This document shows positions 1 through 61,534 of a stretch of 64,000 nt of DNA, piece by piece; position 1 is the first letter of the stretch, and the number at the start of each line of letters is the position of its first letter. The notes under the pieces were generated by a model, which was not told the origin of the DNA, made no database searches, and saw nothing but the letters and a program-made list of their open reading frames with translations. Position numbers and translations under genes: made by a program. This DNA is from Octopus bimaculoides (taxonomy: Eukaryota): NCBI RefSeq assembly GCF_001194135.2, contig NC_068990.1, positions 86,724,595-86,788,594 on the forward strand. The letters are read 5' to 3'.

Positions 1-367
1 AATGCTGGAACATTAACGACTGCGTCAATAAGACAAACATCTAACTAACACATATAAACAAATTAAAGATGAATAATAGTCGATGATATGTTCAAATAGA
101 TTTCTGAGACAAGAAACACTAGACTTACAATGAAGGATTAGACGGATACCATATTAATTGGACGTTATAATCGGGGATATGGAAATAGATTTTCAGAGAA
201 TTTCAAGATAAGCATGCTCGCCACATACACGTCCATATTGAAATGAGAGGATATGTGGATGTACATGTGAACGTATCGGCACGTGTTCATATTTCATCTA
301 AGCTTGAAAGTATCTGCCCGTCTATCTATCTATCTGTATTCATGTGACGATGTATGTGTGTGTGTGT

Positions 368-407
<40 letters not shown>

Positions 408-817
408 NNNNNNNNNNNNNNNNNNNNNNNNNNNNNNNNNNNNNNNNNNNNNNNNNNNNNNNNNNNNNNNNNNNNNNNNNNNNNNNNNNNNNNNNNNNNN
501 NNNNNNNNNNNNNNNNNNNNNNNNNNNNNNNNNNNNNNNNNNNNNNNNNNNNNNNNNNNNNNNNNNNNNNNNNNNNNNNNNNNNNNNNNNNNNNNNNNNN
601 NNNNNNCAGTAACGTTATTATTCTTAGAAATAATATCGTTCTTTTATATTTATATATAAATATGTGTAAATATATTTACACATATGTAAAACTGCGCATT
701 AAAACACAGACATATTACCACGCTTCGAATACGCATATACCAGTGTGTCTGAATGTGAGTTTGTGCGCGCGCGTGCGTGTGCGTGTGTGTGAGTCTCTAT
801 GTGTCTATGGTTGAGTC

Positions 818-852
<35 letters not shown>

Positions 853-2139
853 AAACAAGTAAACAGCATGTACTATCTTCAAATGACTGCTAATAATTTA
901 TTAAATTATCAATGCGTAAATACATTTGCAAACCAGCTTTCAAATATTAATATATACAAATTCATACAAGCAGAAACCTATTAAAAGAATGCTAACATTC
1001 TAATTTGTAGTTAAACATATGCACTTAAACTCATACAAACATATATGTATTTACGTATAGTTGTATGTATATATATAAATAAATACAGACATCCTCCCAA
1101 CACACACACACACACATAACACATATATATTCATAGAGTTTTTGTTAATAGTTTCAGCAAATTAAATCTCATTTCAGACTTATGAATATTTTACATACGT
1201 ATCATATAATTATCACGGAACTTTTGAGACAAATAAACTTTCATGTATGTAGAAAATGTTTGTCGCAGCATTTAACTAGTTATCGTCGTTGTCTTCAAGC
1301 TGTCTTTGGTTATACTTCACGATGGCCATCAGTAGCGTGAGATTTTGAGAAAGAAAGCGTTAATTTTCAGTGATTACACAACTTTAAAAAAAAAGGGGTT
1401 TATTCCAATGAGTGCTCAGTTGTTTTTCGACTTGTCGGAAATAGGTAAACCAAGAGAAGAAAAAATTCCAATTAATAATGAAAAGAAGGACATCATTGAG
1501 AGCGGATTGCATGAAATAAAACACAAAAGGCAGAATTTGACGAGTAGAAGAGCCATAAAGGAAAAAAGAGAGTGGTTTGTTGCCGAAACAGAATTTTCGA
1601 AGGAATCATTATTTTGACTTGCACGACTATGTGGGTGGTTTATTCTCTGCTTTCACAATTCTGAGCTTGAAAACGATATTCGAAAAGTGCAATTTATGGG
1701 TTTTAAAATTAATGCTGCGCAATTACTGAGTTTCAAACATTCTTAAATAGAGAAATTCTGTGGAGTGTTCAAGTTACTCGAATATCTAAATCTTTTGTTG
1801 GTGAATATATTGTGACTGGAGGCTAAAATTCTGAATTATGTTGGGCTGTAATTTAATTGCGGCGGTGCATATATATGCGTCCTATGTTGGCTCTGTGTGA
1901 GAGATTTAGATTTAGAAGTAAATTAACTTGTGCTTGTTCGGTTGGTATTACTTTTCGTGATGTTCTTACTCTAGCATAAGTGGTGTTTTCTATTTGGAGA
2001 GAAGAAATTTCTCTTTATGGATGCACCTGGTGAAAGTTTCTGTTTCTTTTCTGTAATTCAGATAGTTGTTTCTACGACTGAAACAGGATGCAATGATAGT
2101 TTTTTCCTCTGAACATTAAAATATATTTGGAATGCTTAC

Positions 2140-48482
<46,343 letters not shown>

Positions 48483-51400
48483 CTGCAAAAGAAAATAATA
48501 TAAAAATCAAAAAGTTGGTCGTCTGATTTTTATTAGTGGAAGGCGTAAAGTGTAAAGCGTAATAGTAAACGTCATACGATTTGAATACTAGGCCCAACAC
48601 AACCTAGTTTAACATCATCATGTGGTCCTTGGTCGGTTTTGCAGGAATTCACCTTCCAGACATCTCCTTCGTTTCCTTTCCGTCTGTGTGTCCTGGCTCT
48701 ACTGTTTTTAAATACTAAAGTGTAGTATTTAAAATGGATGCACTTACTGTGACAAAACTTAAATGTCTATGATTATCGAGGTAAAGGAATTTGTGAAGAA
48801 ATGTCAGATATTTTCTTTTCCTCTTCTAGCGCTTATTACATTCATTTTAATTACTGCATTTCCAAAACCCACCGGAAACAAACTTTACAGTCTTTCCTCG
48901 CTGCTAATAGATTAAACAGAAAACATTTACTGGTTTTTCCGCGCAACTTTATGAGTTCATCTGCACCGAACTAGACACTGCCTTACATTGCTGCAGGCTC
49001 CGTAGATAGAGAATAAGTAATTAAAAAATTCTCCTGATTCAACTATTCTCCTCCTTTGTTAAATTGTCTTGGTTATTGTGGTTGTTAATTACCAAGTGAG
49101 CGTTTGTAAATCTATAGTTGAAAGCGCTCTAGCTTTGGCCATTCTCGTTTATATTCAGATATAATATATCTAAGACTACTTTATATATTATACTATTTAC
49201 AAGAAGAACTTTAGTGTGTGACTACAAAGAGATTTAACTGACATTTCTAGTAAGCTAAATAACCACAATCAGGTTTCATATAAATTCATAGTTTTGAATC
49301 GATGTGAAGATTTGTTATGAATGTGGTATATCTAAAGTAGTTTTGGTTTTAGTTAATGATTGTAAATTTGGTACAAAGCCATAAATTTTTGTTTGTGAAA
49401 ACTATCGACGATATCTTGACCAATCCTTCTTATCTTTGTCATCCATCTCCACTTCACACGTCACTACCATTTCTCTATCTCTACAAAATAAATTATTTTT
49501 TTATATTAGAACAACACAACACGTATTACAATAACATCAGCAGCGGTAGTAACCAATTAATTCTCTCCGCCTTTACAAAATATACACACACACCACTCTC
49601 TATAATTTGACAAATAAATCAATGAGGTTAATGAGTAATTAACCTCGGTGATTTATTTTTGTAAATACGCTAGTTATTCAGGACCACTCATATAAAATAT
49701 TGTAAGTCTATTTAATGATACTTTTGGTCACTACTTCAGCAAATAGAGTGAAATCTATATTTTGCTGAGGAAATCTTATAAGAAACATATCCCGAATTGT
49801 CTTCCATATATTTTTTTATGATTGAGTCAAAGAAAGAACCACGTCCATGAACTATTTCATGGAGAGTGTAAGACTGGAGGCAGTCATGATTTGTGTTTTT
49901 GTAGAAGAAAGAACCACCTCTTGTAATCGAGTTATTATTACACTTGAGAGCTTAGCGGAATGTTTGCAAGAACATGTAGATCCTCCTTGGTCAGAATTGG
50001 GCCGCTACCTACTCATGCATAAATATGCCTTGGCAAGTGCTTCATTTCAAGATTAGCAGCTGCTTTTGCATGCAAGCCTTCCTCTCAATGTCCCACTGAT
50101 TTTACCTTAGGGAAAGGCTGCAATAGGGGTGACACCGCTTGGAGCCACTGTTTTTGAATCTAGGCTTCCAGGATACAAAACCCGAAATAGATACCACAAA
50201 ATTTCTTGTTTGGTAAGCCTAAATTCCTGCCAGTCCACCCACCCTGGATTGGTGTTCTTTTCCTTTGACTACAAAAGACGAAAGCAAAGTTGCTACCAAA
50301 TGCTAGATTTGAATTCAGGGCGCACAAAATCAGAAGAAATACTGCCAGTGCTCTTACTATATTACCAGTTCGTCCCCTCTGAGAGAACAAGGACAATGTT
50401 AAAGGTACACGTGAAGCAAACATTGCAAAGGTAGTGGTCCAAAGAATGACTGTCGATATTAAATTAAACAAGGCAAGCTTGACGTTTAATTATGTCATTT
50501 TTCATTATTCATTGATGACACAATTTTCATCAATCCACTTTAACAGAGGGAGAAACTACGACCTACGTTGGAACGGTTTTGATTAATATAGCCTTAGCTA
50601 CTGAGATAAGTTACCGTATAGGCTGCTAACATCAGTTATTGTCACTTTCTCACTGAACAAGTATTTCTACTTAGATTTGTGATGGTCACAACTACAATGA
50701 ATATGTTAACACTGACTTTACTGTATATAATTGGATATTGGTGACAATTACAGAATTTCTCAATAAACAGCCTTACCAGAAACAACTGACATATTCACTT
50801 CCTCCCAAGATAGTAATTTGTACTACTGTGTAAACATTTGTGTGTGTGTGTGTGTGTGTGTGTGTGNNNNNNNNNNNNNNNNNNNNNNNNNNNNNNNNNN
50901 NNNNNNNNNNNNNNNNNNNNNNNNNNNNNNNNNNNNNNNNNNNNNNNNNNNNNNNNNNNNNNNNNNNNNNNNNNNNNNNNNNNNNNNNNNNNNNNNNNNN
51001 NNNNNNNNNNNNNNNNNNNNNNNNNNNNNNNNNNNNNNNNNNNNNNNNNNNNNNNNNNNNNNTAAATAATATAAATATATGCATATATACATACATATGT
51101 GTACAGACATACATACATATGTATATAGATATGAATATATGGGTACAGAACATCACAAAACGTAAACAACATGAAATACGCAAGTAACGAGAGAAACAAA
51201 TGGAAAAGAAGACAAGTAACATAAAAAACCACCCTTCATCAGTTGTCGACTGCCCTTCTACTCTTTATTTCGAGCATTGAACGACAATATAAAACTTTGA
51301 AGGCAATTGCTCCCGCGAACCAAAATAAAATTTGGGATTTGCGGAGAGTCAAAGTTGGTTACAAAAACAGGACAGTGGAGACATACAAGGGAACTGAACG

Positions 51401-51896
51401 AAAAAAAACCGTGAAAATCGATAGACCAGACGAGGTAAGATAGTGAACGGTGAAGAAATATTGTCTTTGATAAAAGAAAAGATAGAAGAGGAGATACATA
51501 AGAATACGTGCAATCTGTATATATATATATTTATATATACATATTATATGAGTTTAAACGTATACATACATACGTACTTATACAAACAGTCAAACATATA
51601 TACACACAAGCACACACATATAGGCACCTGCCAGCCTCGGGGAATACTAGAAGTCACTTTCTCCATGTACCGCGAACTTCTTAAGCCCCTTCGTTTCTAT
51701 ATGTGTGTGTGTGCTTGTTTGTTTGTATGTGTGTATGTGTTTATGCATGTGTGTGTGTATGTGTGTGTACAAGGACACATGGCTGTAATGAAGGCAAAAA
51801 TCATAATTGAAGCCGCATAGAGTGACGTAATTGGAAGATAACTTGAAACGGAATCACGCAGTTATCAGCGAAGTGGAGGCCGCACAGTCATATAGA

Positions 51897-51971
<75 letters not shown>

Positions 51972-52300
51972 CTCTCTATACACGCCATCACACATACATA
52001 TACATACACCCTCAAAAACATATAGAGAAACGAAATGTTACCATTATATACACTCATAATGATATAGAAAGAGACAAAGTGGAAACCCTGTGGTATCACC
52101 TTTAAGATAATTACACTGTCGAGATTTGTTAGTTATTTCGAGGCAGCTATGTAATTAAGTGCTAAGTCACGCTATGTGTTTTAAACGCAAGTGGAAACAC
52201 ACATACACCCGCACCCGTATATACATTAATACATACATATGTATTTTTATACAAATATGCATTCTTTTCTTTGTTTCAGTTATTTGACTGCGGCCATATA

Positions 52301-52348
<48 letters not shown>

Positions 52349-52739
52349 NNNNNNNNNNNNNNNNNNNNNNNNNNNNNNNNNNNNNNNNNNNNNNNNNNNN
52401 NNNNNNNNNNNNNNNNNNNNNNNNNNNNNNNNNNNNNNNNNNNNNNNNNNNNNNNNNNNNNNNNNNNNNNNNNNNNNNNNNNNNNNNNNNNNNNNNNNNN
52501 NNNNNNNNNNNNNNNNNNNNNNNNNNNNNNNNNNNNNNNNNNNNNNNNNNNNNNNNNNNNNNNNNNNNNNNNNNNNNNNNNNNNNNNNNNNNNNNNNNNN
52601 NNNNNNNNNNNNNNNNNNNNNNNNNNNNNNNNNNNNNNNNNNNNNNNNNNNNNNNNNNNNNNNNNNNNNNNNNNNNNNNNNNNNNNNNNNNNNNNNNNNN
52701 NNNNNNNNNNNNNTATATATATATATATATATGTGTGTA

Positions 52740-52894
52740 GGCGCAGGAGTGGCTGAGTGATAAGACGCTTGCTTCCCACCTACATGGTTCCGGGTTCGGT
52801 GCCACTGCGTGACACCTTGAGCAAGTGTCTTCTACTATAGCCTCGTGCCGACCAAAGTGAGTTGATTTGATAGGCGGAAACTTGTATGTTTGTG

Positions 52895-52925
<31 letters not shown>

Positions 52926-53125
52926 TTGTTATTTGTCAGTGTTTCCCCACCACCACCACCATAGCTTGACAACCGATGTTGGTGCATTTACATCCCCGTA
53001 ACTTAGCGGTTCGGCAAAAAGAGACCGCTAGAATAAGTACTATGCATACAAGGATTAAGTCCTGGGGTCGATTTGTTCGACAAAAGGTGGTGATCCAGCA
53101 TGGCTTCAGTCAAATGACGGATGCA
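52740..53125 (+). mobile_element. SINE family B, near full length
   Basis: gcgcaggagtggctg head, internal (TA)n, tail gcttgacaaccgatg..cttagcggttcggc..caagtaaaaga. Confidence 0.9.
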
Positions 53126-53148
53126 AGTAAAAGAATATATATATATAC

Positions 53149-53179
<31 letters not shown>

Positions 53180-54756
53180 TGCATACGCACACATATACAC
53201 ACATATATATATATATATGAGTGCAGTGGTAAACACACACATGCATGAAAGTATATTTGCAGTAAGTTTTTTGCGTTCTTTTCTTTCTCTGTGAGTCTTT
53301 ATCTGATTTATTGATTTTTTAAAGTAAAGCATCTTCTAACTCTCCANNNNNNNNNNNNNNNNNNNNNNNNNNNNNNNNNNNNNNNNNNNNNNNNNNNNNN
53401 NNNNNNNNNNNNNNNNNNNNNNNNNNNNNNNNNNNNNNNNNNNNNNNNNNNNNNNNNNNNNNNNNNNNNNNNNNNNNNNNNNNNNNNNNNNNNNNNNNNN
53501 NNNNNNNNNNNNNNNNNNNNNNNNNNNNNNNNNNNNNNNNNNNNNNNNNNNNNNNNNNNNNNNNNNNNNNNNNNNNNNNNNNNNNNNNNNNNNNNNNNNN
53601 NNNNNNNNNNNNNNNNNNNNNNNNNNNNNNNNNNNNNNNNNNNNNNNNNNNNNNNNNNNNNNNNNNNNNNNNNNNNNNNNNNNNNNNNNNNNNNNNNNNN
53701 NNNNNNNNNNNNNNNNNNNNNNNNNNNNNNNNNNNNNNNNNNCTTCTTCTTCTTTCACTTCATCATCATCATCATCATCATCATCTTCTTCTTCTTCTTC
53801 TTCTTCTTTCTTTTTTCTTTTTTCTTTTTGATTTTCATCATCATCATCATCATCATCTTCTTCTTCTTCTTCTTCTTCTTCTTCTTTATTTCTTTTTCTT
53901 CTTTTTCTTCTTTTTCTTCTTGTGTTTCTTCTTCATCATCATCTTCTTTTCCTCCTGTCCTCCTACCCCTCCCATTTCATCCCCTACCCACCACTGTCCT
54001 ATAGTTATGAGACCAATCAATACCAAACTGGAAGGAACTGAACCCAATCTTGAGATGTCCTTAGGGTTTTCTCTTCGTTGCAACACAAGACATCTTCTAT
54101 CACAAGAAGGTAACAACATAAAAACTTCCCTGCATCCAACATACAACGCTTCCTTCCTTCGTTCTTCTTTCTTTTCGCTTCACATTTTAGCTTTCTCTTT
54201 TCGTTTATTTTTTCTCTGCTTTTATCTATTTCTCATCTCTCACTTTCTCTCTCTCTGTCGTCTCTTTCTTTCACCCCTCTCTCTCTCTCTCTTCCTATTA
54301 TTTTCCCATTATTTCTTTCTATGCTTTTGTCCTTTCTTTGCCTTTGACGTCGGTGGCAGAAAGCCAAAGAAAAATGCTATGAAGCTTAAAAGACAGATCA
54401 CCTCATATCTTGGCCTGTCAAATTCTACTACCAGATTTCGACTTGTAACTGAATGCTAATTTCATTCGATGTCTTGTGCTAAAACTCTAAAACCAGAAAT
54501 CCCAACTGGTGCCAACTTCATCAAACCCAGATCCGCCAAACTGAGTCATCACAAACTGGTAAATAATAAAGAGTACCAGTTAGATTTGAACCTGCAAGTA
54601 AATGCCTTAAATTATTTCGTTCTTCCAAGACCAGCTTTGGGTAAGTGTGCGTGCATGTGTACAGATAGATAGAGAGATAGAGCGAGAGAGAGTGTTTTGA
54701 GAGAGTTGTATATATAATATACGCACGTGTACACATGAATTATAAATTATAATACA

Positions 54757-54816
<60 letters not shown>

Positions 54817-54825
54817 TATAGATAG

Positions 54826-54882
<57 letters not shown>

Positions 54883-55083
54883 CAGATAGATAGATAGATA
54901 GATACACATACATATATACAAACTTGTACAAAATTACCGAAATGGATTTTTGAAGCTATAAATTTGAATGATAATTTATCTCTCTGTACATACATATATA
55001 CATGCATACATACATACAGCTATACACACACACATGTATATATATGTATGTGTGTGTGTATCTGTGTGCGTGTGTATGCATGA

Positions 55084-55147
<64 letters not shown>

Positions 55148-55385
55148 GGCATGTATGTTTACAAAACCAGAAGATGGCATGAACAAGCATTCATCACTAG
55201 ACGCAGAAATTGTCTCTGCTCATTGGTGACAGCTGTTGCTGCTTTTTCTCTGTCATACAATTGCATAAATATTATATAAATAAATATGATCCTGCCACTC
55301 CTCCCGGCTACAGGTCACGCCCTGTGCCTCTTAAGAGCGCATATGTGGAAATCACGATTGTGTTTCTAATATGAACGTTCTAGAC

Positions 55386-55615
55386 CAGTGGTTCCCAACC
55401 TGCGATCCGCAGACCTATGGTGGTCCGCAAGGTTAATACTGGCGGTCCGTGAACTAAATTCAAAATTTCATATATATATAAATTGTAAATGCAAAAAATA
55501 ACAACAAAAACACAAAGGATAACAACAAAAACACAATACACACACACATAAGGATAAACATATTAAAAGGGATCCTTGGTAAAACTCATTTACATAAAAT
55601 GGTTGGAAACCACTG
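55386..55615. mobile_element. hAT (Charlie-like) MITE
   Basis: 15-bp TIRs CAGTGGTTCCCAACC / GGTTGGAAACCACTG (1 mismatch); left flank TTCTAGAC fits the NTCTAGAN target preference; the right TSD does not match. Confidence 0.75.
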
Positions 55616-56021
55616 TGAAAAGGTTGACAGTTCAGTCATACCCACCGTCAATTCTTTCTGTCACTTCATTTGATGTCAGTTGTTATTTTTGTTTTTTCTT
55701 TTCTCTTCTTGTGTCTTGACTTGTTAAATTAAAGAATAAATGAAGTATTCACGGGATGTTTGCCGCACTTAACAAATTTCAAATCACTAATTTCTGCTAA
55801 AACATTTTTAGTGAAACGCATAATCGCTGCTACTAAATTTTCTCAAAATCTGGATTCTGCTCTGTCAATTTTATTTCATTATATCCTCATTTATTTCATT
55901 TATAATCTCTCTGTCTCTGTTTCTGTCTCTTTCTCTCCCCCTCCCTCTATCCCTCTTATGCATGTGCCATAAACACGTACGTAATGAAACGAGCATAAAT
56001 TACAAGTAATATGTTGCAATA

Positions 56022-56435
56022 AAAGGCGGCAGAATTGTTGGCAAACTGGGAAGAATGCTTTGCGGCATTTCGTCCGTCTTCTCGTTTTGAGTTCAAATGC
56101 AGCCGAGGTCGACTTTACCATTTATCCTTTTGGGGTCGATAAAATAAGTGTCAGTTGACCACAGGGCTCAATGTAATCTATTTGGCCCTTCCCCGAAATT
56201 GCTGGCCTTGTGCCAAAATTTGAAATACATATTAGATCAAGGCTAAAAGCGGCACGTTGGCAGAATCGATAGCACGCCGGGCAAAATGCTCAGCGGCATT
56301 TCGTCCGTATTTACCTTCTAAGGTCAAATTCCGCTGAGGTCGAATTTCTTTTTATTCTTTATAGGTCAATAAAATAACTACCCATCGACTAACTTCTTCC
56401 CTTGAAATTACTGGCCTTGTGCCAAAATTTGAAGT
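56022..56435 (+). mobile_element. Two tandem SINE family A copies (about 56022-56226 and 56245-56435)
   Basis: Two heads (aaggcggc../aaagcggc..ttggcagaatc), each followed by a core and a ggccttgtgccaaaattt tail. Confidence 0.85.
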
Positions 56436-56981
56436 CATTATAACATAATCTGTATTAGTTATTCCTGATTTATCTCAACAATGTAGTGTTGAAACGATTG
56501 TAATTAAGATATAAATGTCACAGCAACACCTCCATTCTTGGCCTTACTGCATATGCGAACATTTTGCCTTTGTTTTGATGAGTCCATACGAACGGAAAAA
56601 AATCTGTTTACCACACAGTTATTGACACGTTCATTTTACAGTAAACTAGATATGAACGTTTATCTACTGGGATGCGCCTTGTTCAAACGCAGTCAGACAC
56701 ACTCACAGATACACACACGCTCGCAAATAAATATATATATATGTATGCAGAGAGGCACGGGGAGAGAAAGAGAGCAAGAGTGAGAGGGAGAAACTTTTTC
56801 ACTATTATATTTATACGTTATCAGTGAGGTAATTACCTTTGTGACTTCGGACGTTATCTCTATATTCATTTTATAGCATCGCACTTATTGTTCTTTGCGT
56901 ATAGCGGCTATAATATATACACAAGTACATGCGCACATCCATGTATAGGTATATATATATATGTGTGTATACATACATACA

Positions 56982-57015
<34 letters not shown>

Positions 57016-57024
57016 GATAGATAT

Positions 57025-57388
57025 TCTTTTATTCTTTTACTTTTTGCAGTCAATTGACTTTTTCCATAATGGAGCACCGCCTTTTAGTCGAGCAAATCGA
57101 ACCCAGAACTCAATTTGTTATAAGTCTAGTACTGATTCTATCGGTCTTTTTGGACGACCCACTAAGTCACGGGGACGTAAATGTACCAGCATCGATTTTC
57201 AAGCGATGTCGGGGAGACAAACACAGACTCCCAAACATATACACACACATACCTACATATATATATGTATATATATATATATATATATATCCGACGGGCT
57301 TCTTTCAGTTTCCGTCTACCAAATCCACTCACAAGGCTTTGGTCGGCCCGATGCTATAGTGGAAGACATTTGCCCAAGGTGCCACGCA
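57025..57388 (-). mobile_element. SINE family B lacking its tRNA head (interrupted by TA repeat and a gap)
   Basis: Core and tail match the reverse complement of family B. Confidence 0.88.
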
Positions 57389-59595
57389 ATATATATATAT
57401 NNNNNNNNNNNNNNNNNNNNNNNNNNNNNNNNNNNNNNNNNNNNNNNNNNNNNNNNNNNNNNATATATACACATACGTACATACATATGTGCAAGTATGC
57501 TTACATAAAAGAAATATGTGTGTGTTGGTATGTATGTGCGTATGTGTTTACGTTGTGTTTGTAAGTGTGTGTGTGTATGTGTGTGATTGTGAATGTATGC
57601 GTGCTGTGTGTTTTTGTGTGTACGTGTGTGTCAATGAGCGTTTTAAAAACAGCACAAGGCTCGATAGAATTAAACGAGTGAAATAATCGAAATACGAAAC
57701 AACCGTTCATACTTTCGGAATCTATTTACATATTTCCAGATTAAATCTTCTTTAACATGAGAAAAGAGTGGACGGAAAGGAACTGTTTTTTTTCTTCTTT
57801 TTTTTTTGTAGAAATATGTTCAGATGGCTTCCACACGTGAACACTAGTATTTTAATTAAACAATTAACCTCTGGACACTTCGCCTCTCTTACAACTCGAT
57901 ATATATTTTTTTCTATTAAGGAGGACAAGTTCTTTAATCATCAAATTTTCAACAGTCTGATCACTACTTTTGATGCTGGCCGTTGGTGTCTTGGTTAGCA
58001 CATTTCTGCATATGCTTTTATTGAGAGAAGATTTTCTAGCTGTGTTCTTTAATGCGGATTTAAATCTTACAGAATTTGCTTTTTTATAGAAACTATATAA
58101 TACAGCACTTAAGCCATCGATGTTGACAAAGATGTTGGTTCGTGTACACATATTGTTACTGCATATATGTGAATTGACAGACAGAAATTTTCTCCGAGTG
58201 AACGCGGATTGTGACAGTTTTATTTACAGAAACACTCTACCGTAGTTCTGTTGAATTGCAACAAGACGAAGCACGTATTTTAACTGGAAATCTAAACGCT
58301 TTGGTAGGATTTACAGGCATCCTAGTGCTTGGAAAAGGGTACTAGTTATCCTTTTTCCATTTGCAGTCTTTGGAATTGTTTTATGTTTGCGACCCTATTT
58401 TCTGCTTCGTTGTATCAGATACTTACACAATAAATTTATATCAGTACCTAAGCAGCCATGGATCTGGATCAAATTCTGTTATTCATTGAAGGAATACGTG
58501 CGTGTTGTGTTTGCTGTTACTTGGATTGCTGTTGTCACAATTGTTGTTGTTTCCGAGCTTATTTTTGAGTTTGTTCTTATGATTGGGGTCGTTTTTATAA
58601 TTCTGTTTATATTATTGCGGTAGTTGATAATATTGTTGCTATTGTGGCTGTTGTTACGTCACTTGATGTTCTTATTCGAGATGCAGTAACCATTACTGTT
58701 GTGTATTATTGCACTTGATTTGCTGAAATTAATTGTGGTTGTTATTGTATTTAGCGTAGTCTGTACGTTACCATATTCATTGTTAAACAGCCGTCGTCAT
58801 ATTGAAGCTGCTGTGGTGTTAATATTTTCGTTGCTGTTGTTTTTAATATTCTCATCTTCTATTTCCTATTGTCCTCTTACCATGTTTGTTACTCTTACTT
58901 CCGTTCTGGTTGTTTTTATGTCTTCTTGTTGAGGTTATTCCCTATGAATGCTGCTGACATTGTCGTTATTTTTTGTTAATGTTTTAGAATTATTATTTTT
59001 TTTGTTTCGTTTTCTGTGATATTGTTATTAATGCAGCTTTTGCAGGAGATTTCATACTTCGTTGTTCTCGTTGTGGCTATTTGTGTAGTTGCTTTATTTT
59101 TTTGGTAATACGTGGTGTTGGTAAAGTTGGTAAAGAAATGAAGCTATTAAAAATTTACCGTCTCAAAAACCACCGCCATTTTTCGTGACCCTACTCCACA
59201 ATCATAGGGGAGTGTTACAATTTACTAAACATAACAAAGAGAGAAATGGTGTGAAAGGAGAAAGACAGAGATAAAGAGCATGCAGGGGCAGGGGCAGGGG
59301 CCCCAGCTCATGCTCCTGCAGTTACGCCTTGTACTAGTCTTGCTAGAATCGCAACCAACGCCACACTACTGTCCCTGCGTATAGCCGTTTCACATTACCA
59401 CCAAAACTACCAATACCATCATAACAACCATCATTAGCCACCACTACCAACACTTCCACTATCACCCACAAAGGTTAACATTGTAATATTAACCACCAAA
59501 AAAGCTCCAGCTACAATAATCGTAATAATGTTTTCAAAATTTGTTGCAAGACCAGTACATTTATAAAAAGAGGTAAGTCGGTGATATTGACCCCA

Positions 59596-59860
59596 GTTCC
59601 GCCGAGGTCGATTTCGCCTTTCATCCTTTCGGGGTCGATAAATTAAGTACACGTTACGTACTGGAGTCGATCTAATCGACTGGCAATATTTCGGGCATTG
59701 TGCCTAGAGTAAAAAAGGATATTGCCACCCAGTGATAAACTGACAGTTATTTTATAATTAAAAGCAAATTTGACCTCGGCGAGATTTGAGCTCAGAAAGT
59801 AAAGCCGGACGAAATGGTGTTAACCATTTGGTCATGCTTAACGACTCTGCTACTTCACCA
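59596..59860. mobile_element. Two partial SINE family A copies in opposite orientation (+ about 59596-59718, - about 59760-59860)
   Basis: ttccgccgaggtcgatttcgcctttcatcc on +; ttgacctcggcgagatttgagctcagaa on -. Confidence 0.75.
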
Positions 59861-60806
59861 ACCGTATTGATAATAGCCCCTAACTACGTCAAAAACTCTG
59901 ATATTATATATGCCACTTCCAACACCGCTGCCACTACCATAGTTTCACAACGAACCTCATTGTCACTCTCAGCGCCATCAAAAACAAGGTCTAAAGCTAT
60001 CAACACAGAACCACGCAATAGAATGTGCAAATCCACCACACAACGGCATTACTATGAAAACTAAGCCAAGCAACCATCACAATTTCTGGAACATATATTA
60101 CATAACCAACTACATCGTAACTACCAGCCACCACGTCACCGATACACAATCTCCCATCAGCACATAAACGAAAAACAATAACATTAAAAATACTTTCACC
60201 ATACAATCACTGTATGAGTCTCACACGACACAATGCAGAACAATCTGTGACGCCATGGTGGCGCCACATATCCAAATAAAGACAACGTAGCTCTTATTTA
60301 TCTTTGTGATGTTTAGTAAATGGTTACATTTCCCTAGGTTTTATTTATTCCGCCATTTTATCTTTTTCTTGCAGTTGTTGTTTTTGTTATTGTTTGTGTG
60401 GTGTTCTCTGGCGGCGTTTCATTTACTCCGTTTGTGTAAGATTAAAATATCTCTCCGATGGCTTTTTCTCCTCGCTTATCTATCAAGTTTTCTTTTTTTT
60501 TTGCTTATTTTATCTGTATTTTTATTTTTCTCACTCACAGTCGCTTTTTTCATTTTCTCCCTCTTTATCTCTTTCTTTCTCCTTTCACACCATTTCTCTC
60601 CTTCCCCCCTTTCTCTCTCTATTTGTCTTTCCTTTCTCTCTGTGTGTGTGTGTGTGTGTGTGTGTGTAAGTGCGTGCGTATGTGGGGGCCTGAGAGTACG
60701 TCTCTGTATGTGTGTATGTGTGTTGATACGCATACATATAACTGAATACACACGCATCAATTTACACATACACACATTAAGTATATATATATATACATAT
60801 ATATAG

Positions 60807-60862
<56 letters not shown>

Positions 60863-61534
60863 ACATATATATATATATATGGTTACAAATTTATGAAAAG
60901 TTTAAATATAAATCGAAAATAGGTCGCACTAGAAGTGTAGAGTCAAATAATTTTAATTTTGTGGATGGTGACTTCGAAGTCTCGTCAATAGATGAACTGA
61001 GGCAGACAGTGAATTGTCATGATATTGCACCAGTTATTTACATGGGTACCTCTTATACGTTTGTGCTATACGTACATATTTACATACGACGTTGGAGATA
61101 TTCATTGCAATGTTAGCATTTGACATCCAAATAAATGACAAACATGGAATTATTATTTGCTCCTTCCTTCCTCTCGGGGTTTTCTTCTTTCTTTTCAACA
61201 TCTCCTCCTTCCATTTCTCCTGTTTTTTTCTCCTTTTACAGTATTTAGTTCTCGACTGTTGCCTGCTAGACAAAGATGCATCTCTCTAAAAAAGTCATTT
61301 TTTGATACGGTTGACTGACTATGACAAACGCTTAATGTCTTAATACAGAAAGCCTTAAAAGTTGCTTTGTTATCAACCAAATATATATTCTTCGTGAGCT
61401 ACTGCATTCTTTTCATACACATCTTTATATAAAAAAAAACATCATCATCATTGTCATCATTTCTTTATCTTATTCTCCACAAATTCGATTATTTTAAGCT
61501 TTTGTTTCTTCCTTTAGGTTTCATTACTGGAAAT

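Noticed and set aside
1345-1617. 90-aa Lys/Glu-rich ORF, also considered as the location of the missing SLC6 3' exon
   Set aside because: On the opposite strand to the gene, with no recognisable homology; no TM12-like exon found in 1-2139
56520-56570. Minus-strand NVRICSKAKNGG, resembling the end of the SLC6 TM1 exon
   Set aside because: Lacks GLGNxWRFPY and has only a weak donor
57864-58151. 95-aa minus-strand ORF as a possible SLC6 N-terminal exon
   Set aside because: No RxxW...EF or TM1 motif and no supporting splice signal identified
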